DNA of 64,000 nucleotides from Balanoglossus misakiensis. Its lineage: Eukaryota; Animalia; Hemichordata. The stretch is from the NCBI GenBank assembly GCA_040954595.2, contig CM082576.2, positions 12,527,129-12,591,128 of the forward strand, given 5' to 3'. This document shows, piece after piece, positions 40,861-64,000 of the stretch. The notes below the pieces were generated by a model. That model saw only the letters and a list, made by a program, of their open reading frames with translations, ran no database searches and had not been told where the DNA came from. The stretch's first letter is position 1. Each line of letters starts with the position of its first letter. Made by a program: the position numbers and the translations under genes.

Positions 40861-43800
40861 CCGGAATGTTGCGTCAGTTCATGGGAGAAGTGCAAAGCTC
40901 ACAACAAAAGAAACTAATCGAATAAAAAAATAAAACAATCTCCTGATACGTTTGCTGAAACTGATCCATTTTGCTGTCAACTTCAATTTGTCGTGCGCGA
41001 GGCTGCTGTTTTTTCGGTCGCCGGTGAAAAGTGGCGTCGCCATGGCAGCAACCGCGGTGCCCAGTCGGATGATGGCGGCGTTTCGCAGGAAGTGCACAGA
41101 GTTGTCGATGAAGTCAAGGTATCGAGAGATGAGGGGAAATACTGGTTACCTGTCGTGGAACGACTTTGCGAAAGAACGCAAAACTGTTGGAGGAGGAAGG
41201 ACTGCTGCGAGGTCACAAATGGAACTGCAGCGGTCAAGTTGTGTGTTTTTGCCAGCCGGTGTTGTGTGAACTGCATAAAAAAAAAAATTAACACTTTGAA
41301 CTTTGAACTCCAGGACAGACTGAGTACTTAACTACCATTAGCATATTCAAGTAATCAGAGATTTGTCGGGGAGAAAGCACAGAAGGAAATAAAAAAAATA
41401 TTCAGAGATTTAAGAAATGCTACATTTTCAAGCAGAGCTTCAAAAAGTTAAGTAATTTGCTATGCAAGCATACACACGGACAGTTAGATGCTGTTGCAGC
41501 ATAAGATTAGAGTGAACCGCTAAGGTGTGTTGTTTTTGCTCTTAAAACAGGGATGCGGGATTATACCATATAAACACATGCAAACTCTGACATCATTTTT
41601 ACCATTATAGATGTTTGTTAGTAATACTTTTTGTTTTGCGAAAATCACACCAGGGCAGATATTTTAACCATCTTGTTGATTGTTCTTTTCCATCAGCTCG
41701 ACAATCATTTGCTATTATTTTTATGTCTCCCATACAGAAAAGGTTACAGATAACAGACAGTGTAGTTTCCAAAAAAAAAAAGGAAGTCCCCATAATGATT
41801 TCTGAAATTTTGAACCAAAGGGGTTTCAGGCTTCGAAGAAAACACAAAAAAGCATAAAACTCATGTGAGTTATTTCAGGGAAAGGAAACCATGCATGGCC
41901 TGGCCTCCTGTTTCCTGAGAAAAAATAACAGTTTGTCTTTGAAACGGATGTGATGTGCCCATACATATCAAAACAACAAACTGCTTCCCTTCAAGGTTAA
42001 CCGCCCTCCCTAAATATCCCCATGTCTCTGTATTCTAGAAAAGCATATTGCCACGGTTCAGTACATAAATATGACAGGAGATACCATCGTATATTGAACA
42101 ATAATTTACATTCTCATTTTTTGGTGGTTTTTCTGATAATTCATTCGTCTGAAAATATTTGCGAGCGGAAAAGGTGACTGGCAAAAAAAATGTCAGTGAA
42201 ATTGAAGTTTCTGATAAAAAACAGCTAAATATAGTCTCGTGAAATTTAAACTTGAACTGCCTAAAATAATTGCCAAAGACTAGATTGAAACTTTTGAGTC
42301 ATTTTCCTCGTCTTTTAAAAAGAGTATTGCTGGATGATTGATTTCAAAGCGGTAGTGTTTACAACTCTTTACATAAATTGGCCATGCAGAAGATGTGGGC
42401 AGTATGGATGTACCGTACAGAATTGTGGCCTGTGGATGTCGTACAGAGGGAGATTCACCATTCTGCCATTGTTTTAGTAAAAAAAAGATTCTTTAAAGAT
42501 AATATGTTCACTTCCAAGTGCACACTTGGAATTTTGGAATTAACATTCCACCCAAATAAATTATCGAAGTGAACTCAAAATAATTGCAGGCATGGGAAAG
42601 TGTATTTGCCGCGATGGTGACACGTGACCCAGTCAGTTCAAAGGTCAAACTGAGGAGAGAAAGTGTAACGATCGACAAATCATGATTCAAAATTTGATGA
42701 CAGCTGCTCAGTGTTGTCCGATGGAGAACAGTGGTGTGAATTGAAAAAGAAAATTGTGTTCTTGCAACAAAATCATGCTCTTCCCTTTAATTTTGTTGCA
42801 TGCTATTAAAAGTTTAACCGAAAAATATCCACACATCCAATCATGTTACGATGGCCAACTTGAAAACTTCACACACTCGTCAAATTTACAGTAGAAAACT
42901 GAACTCGCTAGAATAATACTCATCTTAATGAATTTTCCTGTTGAGAGATACTTTGTACAACAAACAGGGCTTTTGGTAAGATATGTCAAGCAACTCACTT
43001 TAGTGTTGTGCCCTGTTTTATTCTTGGCCAAATAAATTCAGCTGGTTGCGAAATTGTATAAAAGCAATGGCGTCAGAAAAAAAGCGAAAATATTTTGTCA
43101 GATTAACCAGAACTTAAGCATCATGGACGTTCAAATTTCAGAAAATCATAAGCATTTTCTTTTCTTTTTTTCAATTTTAAATTATGAGAATTGGCTTTTA
43201 AAAAAAGAATGGTGACCTTCAATATTTTACGTGCTGTAGTTGTGGAAGGCACATTGACTCAATCAGAAGTGGATGTATGGCAGTCATTGATTGGCTGGTA
43301 AAGCTGTAGCATGTTTTAGAGTTAGGGATTTGCTAGCAAATCAGGATACGTGTTGTTTCAATGTGCTGGGGAGTCGCCCTTTCAAGATGGAAGCCAAGAG
43401 GTCAAAGTTGACTTGAATATTCCAGTATAACTGGAGCGTACATAATTGTAGATGTCATCTAGTTTATCATAATAGTGTGAGTCGTATCGTAGCAACAATC
43501 ACAGAGTCAAAAGATTGTTCTTATTTTCCAGATGTTGGATTTTTATTTTGTATAAAGTTTTCTCCTTGTGTCAAATGAAGCTGTTATCATCCATCTTTTG
43601 TTAGAACGCTCTTGAGAAGAAAAAAAAACAGTGACAAATAAATTGATAATTACAACAACCATTGATATCAGGTGCTGTTTATTTGTACACTTGTTCAGTC
43701 TAAAGCGAATGTCACTTTCAGTTGATGGGTGTCTGATTGCCAAAAGAAAATGTCAGAGTTTTACCCTCGATGAGATGCAATGTGATGAGAGCAAAGTTTT

Positions 43801-45241
43801 TTCACCACAAATGATATTGGCTCATTATTCACTCTGTCAAGGTGTGAGACATTCTCTGAATGAAATAATTGCATGCAGTTTGTAAACCTTGAAATTATCA
43901 TGAATTCTAAATTTTAAAGATGCTACAGCTGCCACAAGGTTCCAAAGTATGATTTCAGTAAACTTTATTGCACCTGTCATAAAGTGGAAAACGAAATCAC
44001 TGGACTAGCAGTTTGTCCTATTTCCTATTCATTATATCTCAGTCATCTCTATCTGCCACATACCTTTTTTCCCTGTAATATCTTGTTGACCCTGCACGAT
44101 TTGGACCACTGTGATCTTACCCTTGACTGAAAGTCTACTTTGGGAGGCTGAATTTGTAAACAAAAATAGTTGCCACACCTGGCCGGCAGGTATGTTGGTA
44201 TGGACATGGGTAATTACCTGAAAGGTGTCAAAATATTTGACACTTTGTGTCCCAAACAGACCTACGGACGAACACCAAATACTTGAACCCCTTGTGGTCT
44301 GGGGACTGTGCCTCGCAATGTTGTCGGAGACAGACTAAAGAATATAACATGACTGTGAGCTCAGCCGCAAAATACCAGCATTTGTCTTATACTATGACAG
44401 ACAAAACCTTGGCACATTGCTTGTTTGAGACGGTTGCAAAATGTGTCTCTTCCTTTCAGTATTTTAGTGTTAGCACTGAATGTACCATCATGCGTGAGGG
44501 AGTAGAACGAGAAATTACTAGTGATACAGAGAACAAAAACCCTGGAAAAAAATGGCCAAAAGTTACAGCTGATGGAGCTTGAAGAATTTGTATAGATCCA
44601 TCTTTCTGCACGAACACCAAACACATCTCCAGCATTACACGTCTCAGTGGACATCTAAATGTTAATCATTTGGGTCCTTTCAGTAAGTTGTACCTGTACT
44701 TTGCATGGTTGTTTCTTTGCCATGTGGTTATGCACATGAAGTGATGCAGGGTTGGTGTCATGGTATGTTTGTGTATTGTCCTGTTTCATCATGTATGACC
44801 TTACACTCTGGTATTTTCTTTGGGATGAGGTCTTGCAATCAAGCCGGCATATTTTCTTGTTTGGGTTGCTCAGAGAACTCCATGACTTTCCCAGTTTTGA
44901 ATTATTTAATTTTTTTTTTTTTTTTTTTTTTTTGGGGGGGGGGGCATATTTGCATTAAAAAAAGCCATTTTCCTGGACAGATATTAGATATTTTATCATT
45001 TTTATGGATAATGGACATATTTGTGGCAGAATGGGTAACTGAATTTTATAGGTTGGTACAAGTTAAACACATTCCATCTTTTCTTTACAGTTTGACAGCT
45101 AGTCATATTTTTCTCACAGCCAGTTGGCTTGGCTTTTGTCAGGTTTTTGCCAGATCACAGCCTTCTCCACATCCATATTTATTTGATTTTCACCCAAATT
45201 GAGCAAGAACAACACAAAGTTTCTTTATAATATTTGTGTTC

Positions 45242-45247
45242 TTTATT
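45242..45247 (-). terminator. Probable NEMF polyadenylation signal AATAAA
   Basis: TTTATT on the plus strand, about 55 nt downstream of the NEMF stop codon. Confidence 0.55.
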
Positions 45248-45300
45248 TCCTTAAATGATGTAAATGTAATACAAATTTCACATTTCTCTCTCTCAAAAAA

Positions 45301-58762
<13,462 letters not shown>

Positions 58763-58794
58763 CGTAGGACCATGAGTGAAACACAAAATCCCAA

Positions 58795-58946
58795 CTGAAT
58801 GTTAAATAATAATATTCCAGCTCCGGTAATAACGCAACGAGAAGGCCTATCGTTCTACCACCATGTACATTTCCTGAGTCTTTGACCTTACGAACACACA
58901 GGAAGTTCATATGCCGACTTCCAGTCGCGTATTGCATTGTGGGAAT
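58795..58946 (-). promoter_or_regulatory. Probable NEMF promoter and 5'UTR with a ZNF143/Staf-like site and a possible short UTR intron
   Basis: ATTCCCACAATGCA on the minus strand (58933-58946), ETS-like CAGGAAGT near 58899, candidate donor GTAAGG at 58891 and acceptor TTCAG at 58795. Confidence 0.45.
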
Positions 58947-59364
58947 AAAAACGAAGGAAGAAAAGGGGAATCAACAAATGGCCAAGGCCTGTGATCAGTG
59001 CTGCAGTGAGCTCAATGTTTTGCCACAGTGATCAGATAGCAGATTATTTACACTGCGTTGATTTATTGGTTATTGTTTGATGAATGTCATTATTTCCCCC
59101 AAGCTCTCTACGCCTTTATGCGGTAAGAATTTCACATGCTTAGGCCTGTCCACTATCTTTATCACATATCAAGATATTCATAATCAAAAATGACAATGAC
59201 ACAGTAGGTTTGCTTTTGCATAGGGCATTGTTTATCATGTTTGTTTTGGTTGGTTTATTCCCTCAGGCCGTGTTCCTATTGCGTATGTAAACTGGAACAT
59301 TTGAAAGAAAAAACATTCAGTTTTGCCTCCCCTCTACACACGCGAAAATCTGATGATACATATA

Positions 59365-59699
59365 GGCCAGGTTTGTCTTAACCGCCATCTTGGAAACAAG
59401 GTGCGTTGTGGGATAGAATTGGAGGGTTTTGGAGGGATCATTGCATAATTATCCCTCCAAAACCCTCCAATTCCCCCTTGTCTGATATTGTAAAGCCTGA
59501 CCCCCTCATCCAACCACTTTAGGACATTTTTTGCCATGATATACAGTACATTAATGTATTGTTTGTGCATTCAACATATAGCAAGGGGTCTTAAAAGGCA
59601 CATGAGCTGCAATAATTGCATAGTTATCCCTCCAAAACCCTCCAATTCTATCCCACAATGCACCTTGTTTCCAAGATGGCGGTTAAGACAAACCTGCCC
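59365..59699. mobile_element. MITE / non-autonomous DNA transposon with about 74-bp terminal inverted repeats
   Basis: 59365-59438 is the reverse complement of 59626-59699 with 2 mismatches. TATA flanks both sides (59361-59364 and 59700-59703). An internal extra copy of the inner TIR segment lies at about 59441-59473. No coding capacity. Confidence 0.85.
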
Positions 59700-60231
59700 T
59701 ATAGGGTATAAAATTCTGTTCCCATGCACCATTTAATGCTTACTATGCCTGAGTAGTCGGATGCCATTACAAACATGTGCCACGTGTTGGTCAACCCTCC
59801 TACTCAAAGTTTGCAGAGCGTAATTTGTTATGGGAAATGATTCTTCCAATCATTCAAACACCTAATGCGGTCTATTGTAGGTTCAGAACTGTCAGCATTC
59901 TCTTGGGGATCCTTTTGGTCTGTTCAGACCAAGGCATTGGCCAGTTTCTTCAGTCCAGGAGGGGGGGGGGGGGGGTAGGCTACACACAAGAAATCCACCG
60001 ACTCCCATAATGGAAAGACAAAAACTGATGCCCCACCCTCCAACAACAGACAGTGAAATATAACAAAACTTTTGTTAAGGACTCTGCCATAATGTTTATT
60101 TATATATTGCAAAAAAATATATAGATGAAACAACATTTCAATTCAGAATATTTTAAAGAATTATGCTTTACTTATCCAACAGAAGATAACATTGTGTAAA
60201 CACATTACAGAAGACAGGATACAACAAAGAC

Positions 60232-60237
60232 TTTATT
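60232..60237 (-). terminator. Candidate cofilin polyadenylation signal AATAAA (3'UTR about 1.3 kb)
   Basis: TTTATT on the plus strand, followed on the minus strand by a GT/T-rich tract. A second candidate lies near 60095. Confidence 0.4.
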
Positions 60238-61572
60238 GGCACTCCTCACAGCTGTTCATGTCAATACAGCAACGGCTAAAACCACAGATCTTCTTTAAAA
60301 AAATTACACGTTAGTACTGTTCACAACTCAAAGATTAAAAGTGAATTTTTCTAGTTAAATTCATAACATTTCCCAGTGTTTTTGCTAAAGGTTGGGGGAG
60401 ATCGGTAAATGATTTGGGAACGTTGGTAGCATTTACTGTGGTTCTATCCTTAACAAAAACACTTCTTCCCCTTAATAATTGAACTGTGCTGTTAACTAGG
60501 AACCTGAAGTTACATAATATTGTCACCGACAATTCTTATTAATATTCAAACATAAGATGTATCAATTTCTGAGCCAATCAAACTGGAGATCAGCTCTTGA
60601 AGCACCCACACACACACACACATTGGACTGTGCAGTGTTGAGAGACATCATTTTTGCCGCGGGAGACAGGTTCGGAGCAAACAGCATCTACCGGGGTAAA
60701 CTGTTCATCCGTAACAAACCACTAGCAACGTAGATTAATCATCTTTTAATAAAACATTTGTAATTTGTTTTAACATCCTCAAAAATAAATCCGCTTTCGA
60801 TAGTTATTAATTACAGAAACCTGACTGTCAAAAAATATTATCTCAACTATAAATCTTGAAATGGGTTGGAAAGCAGGCAGTTAAAAACATATTTATCGGT
60901 AGGAACACACGAATCGGCATGTGATTGACCATTGCAAGCCCACAGTGAATTCAGAATTTTTAAAAATGCACCAGCAGGATAAAAATATTGCTTTGGAATA
61001 TTAAAACTCACATATCCTGCATTGTAAGAAATGAATACATCACAGAACAGGAACGACAGAGGCAGAGTGCAACCAAAATAAAAACTGAGAGCGACTTAAA
61101 AAATTAAATACACTGCAGTATGCGCATTAAAAGTTCTCTGAGTAAATTAACTAATAGTATACAGCTTTGAATCATACTGTAAATTTCAAATAAATGTTTT
61201 CCTTTCAAAAAATAACATAATTCCACAACAGAGATGCTTGCTCAGCCTGATAATACCAACAATTGTTTTCAATTTATAGGATTGACCACATGGTAGCCAT
61301 GTCCAGAGGTCGCGAAACCACTGTCACCTGATAGTAAGTGAACGGCCATGGTTTCAAACCAACAACTTGTCAATAGTTGGTTTGATGCCCTGGTGTAACG
61401 CGACTCTTCCACACGATATTCTATTATGACTGATGATGTGAAAAAAAAAATTTACACTGAAAGAGCAAGCTGTCTCTCTCTCTCTCAAAAAACAAAACAA
61501 AACAAAAACAAAAACCAAAAACGAAATTCTCAAAATTTCAATTTTCATAACTGAAGGTACAGCTGCGGCAAC

Positions 61573-62363
61573 TTAAGCGGTTCCCCCCTTGGAAATGTTT
61601 TCCTTGATGTCATCATAATCCAGCTCGTCCACATCTGTTGCTTGGCACTCGTGTTTAATTCCAACCAGCTTTTTACGTAAAGCATCTTTGCTACTTGCAT
61701 ATACCATTTTATCTTTAGACTTTGATGATTCTGGAGACCTGTTAATAAACACAAACAAAAACAAGTGTAGAGACAACATAACTCTGAATCTAAGCTCTAG
61801 CCAAAGGAATATGCTGGGAGACTCAGTGTGCCCTCTAACAACCATAATTTTTAAAAGCTTTGAGTCAGCCCTATACCTTTGCATGTTGTGTTGATAATGG
61901 ATGAGTTTGATTGAGTCAGTGGCGTGTCATAGAGGGCACACTCTTGGGAGTCTTTAAAGCTATAAACACTTCTCTGTGAGGAGTATCCAGCATTTACATT
62001 ATTGACCAATATGCACTTTCTCCTGAATATAACCAGACCTTTCAAATGATCTGGTCTTCGTAGCTAAAACGCCGGAAGAGAGCCCAAATCAATCCAAGTG
62101 ACATACCAGTGGTAGAATACAAGCTTGTTTCTCTGTCCACCTTCTGGCAGCGTATACTTGAAGTCATAGACTGCATAGCGGCATTCCGTTGGAAGAAGCT
62201 CTGCACAGAAGTCCTGATAGGTTTTCGTCATGTCCTCTTCTGCCTTCAGTACTTTTATCACCTTGTAATTCTCAATGTGGAATATTATATAGTTGTACCT
62301 GCTTTTCAGTTTCATTAGATCAAATAATCCGACGACATTTTCATCAACACCAACACCTGAAGC
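61573..62363 (-). CDS. Cofilin / actin-depolymerizing factor; exons 62363-62107 and 61738-61573; the exon supplying the ATG was not found and is probably beyond the window end
   Basis: Spliced translation (M)ASGVGVDENVVGLFDLMKLKSRYNYIIFHIENYK...LPTECRYAVYDFKY...RNKLVFYHW|SPESSKSKDKMVYASSKDALRKKLVGIKHECQATD. These are ADF-H hallmarks, including the N-terminal regulatory Ser and KMVYASSKDAL. A phase-0 acceptor lies immediately before codon 2, the usual ADF/cofilin layout. Confidence 0.95.
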
Positions 62364-64000
62364 CTGAGAGGATGCAATTTAGAAAGTAAACAAACACAAA
62401 TTATTGCGTGTGTGACTTTTTGTGACAGTGCAGTGACTTGTGTCATTCTAGTATAAAAAATGTGCGATATTGCTACAAAATGTAACCTATGGAGGTCTTG
62501 TACAAACTGCGACTGTCTAATATGCATGTGAACGAGGGTGTAGAAATTGTGCACCCTCATTGATTCATATGTATATTTGACAGTCACAGAATCCATGTGT
62601 TTGCGTTTGTGTATACCTACACTATACAGGTATATTGTATAGAACTTCTACTTTTGGCCAGGTCCAATTCATTTGCATTTGTATAATTCTGTAATTGTTT
62701 TTTCTTGGTTATTGTGTGCTTTGATTTCATGGCGGCCATGTGTGGATTTCTGGTTTTGAATGCAAAGTGTCACCTACACCACACCCACTATATTGTGCAA
62801 GGCGAGGCCCTCATCTATAAATGCTGTAATTTGACAAGAACCGCACATAATCAGGCCAATGTTGTCACATAACTTTCTCTGTTGATGAATTTGGGTACAT
62901 GTGCTCCAATGTGCTGAATGCCCCAAGCACCTTTGGTAGGGTTCCAATTCATGGAATATTTCATCCACAATCTTTAATATCAAGCTCAGTTTTCATCCAC
63001 TTTGATTACAAGACAGTCTCTCCCCACCTCCCCATATGGTGTCATAAATGAACATTTAGTGAAGGAAGGCATTTGATTATACATAATAGGGTTATACACA
63101 AAATATGACCATTTGTGGTCTCTTAGGCTCCATACTCCAGGTATGTGTCGGACTTTAACCTATTGGTTCATCCAATCCATCATTGCACAGAGTGTATAAA
63201 TCGAATATTCTAAAATACTTCTGTAACTGTTCCACAAGCTATAAATCCTTCATAATCGTTGTTCCATTGTAATCGTCCGTTCTTCCTGTTTATTGTGGAA
63301 GAACATATTCCATTTAACTTGGTTGACCTGGGAGTGGTTTGCAGGCTGTATGTGCGGGTCAATAGATTCTACATGCATCAGGGGTATCAGGTTAAAGCCC
63401 AGTTTCACGAGTACAAACTTGTCTAAAAATGCAAGCAGTGTGGTCAGTGGGCAAGGAATGTTTACATATTCAAAAAGATTTATAGTAAATGTCAAGCTGG
63501 GATCAATTTACCGTGCTGAAGTTTACCACTGGTCTGGACCCTTAAAAACAGGGTCTCAGGTCCAGACGCCCACCCCAAATTGGGTCTGTATATATTTTCC
63601 CTCTGCTCCAGTACGGCAATGCTCAGCAACATGACATGTTTACTACTTGCTTGAGCGAGGTCGTACATCGCTTGATGTAAACAATGTCTCTGTCAAGTTT
63701 TGGGAGTCACAGTTGTAGGGTAAATTTCACTATACTCTGCAGGGGGTGGGTGGGTATTTGAGTCAAGCCTCCAGGACACAAAACTTCGACTATTTTGGGG
63801 CAACTGTTCATTCATCAAGAGTTTGTCATTACATTTTTGCTATCACCACTCAACCCCAGGCCTCTGAATTGCTCAGTACCAACTTGTGATTTCGGACCAT
63901 GTCAATTGTACTGCCAATGGGCCGGGACTTGGATTGAACCATTGTCTGGTGGCGAGCGTTAGGACTCTATTAAAAAACCGAAACTTTGAAACTATAAATC

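Noticed and set aside
40858-40917. Stop-codon readthrough of SOS (TAG-C, 18-aa extension)
   Set aside because: The extension is short and unremarkable, it lacks the strong TGA-CTAG context, and no conservation evidence is available.
44247-45202. ORFs of 97-165 aa between SOS and NEMF
   Set aside because: There is no recognisable domain, codon bias or splice structure, and one ORF runs through a T/G homopolymer.
59334-59736. Two near-identical ORFs on opposite strands (IPPKPSNSIPQ.TLFPRWRLRQT)
   Set aside because: They are mirror translations of the MITE inverted repeats, not duplicated genes.
61354-61575. Open frame continuing past the cofilin stop
   Set aside because: TAA-G is an efficient terminator, and the extension is a low-complexity translation of T-rich UTR.
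62364-64000. Cofilin first (ATG-only) exon
   Set aside because: Only weak ATG|GT candidates were found (near 63110, 63898 and 63940), with poor donor consensus. The exon is probably outside the window.

Overview
Intron-rich, AT-rich animal genomic DNA, probably a marine invertebrate bilaterian (the species cannot be determined from the sequence alone). I reconstructed four protein-coding genes exon by exon, with phase-consistent splicing. (1) A PLEKHH1/2 (MAX-1)-type coiled-coil/PH-PH/MyTH4/FERM gene on the minus strand: ATG at 18826, 25 exons visible, 3' end outside the window. (2) Son of sevenless (SOS) on the plus strand: 21846-40860, 27 exons, about 1218 aa, head-to-head with PLEKHH. (3) NEMF/Rqc2/Caliban on the minus strand: 58762-45301, 35 exons, about 1098 aa, tail-to-tail with SOS. 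(4) An ADF/cofilin on the minus strand: two exons visible, the ATG exon not found. The strongest non-obvious signal is a textbook U12-type AT-AC minor-spliceosome intron in the SOS REM domain (34002-34373). Other observations: the gene set matches the human 14q/2p paralogon; all three visible start codons have an out-of-frame upstream AUG; CTCF-like sites converge between the divergent promoters; a MITE carrying YY1 and ZNF143 motifs lies upstream of NEMF; a strong-Kozak small ORF follows the SOS stop; a 4-nt-shifted acceptor could remove the SOS Grb2-binding tail. A tRNA-derived SINE, several palindromic MITE-like elements and microsatellites are also present. I found no prokaryote-type system, CRISPR array, rRNA or intact tRNA gene. 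Most ORFs in the supplied track are exon fragments, antisense shadows or repeat artefacts.
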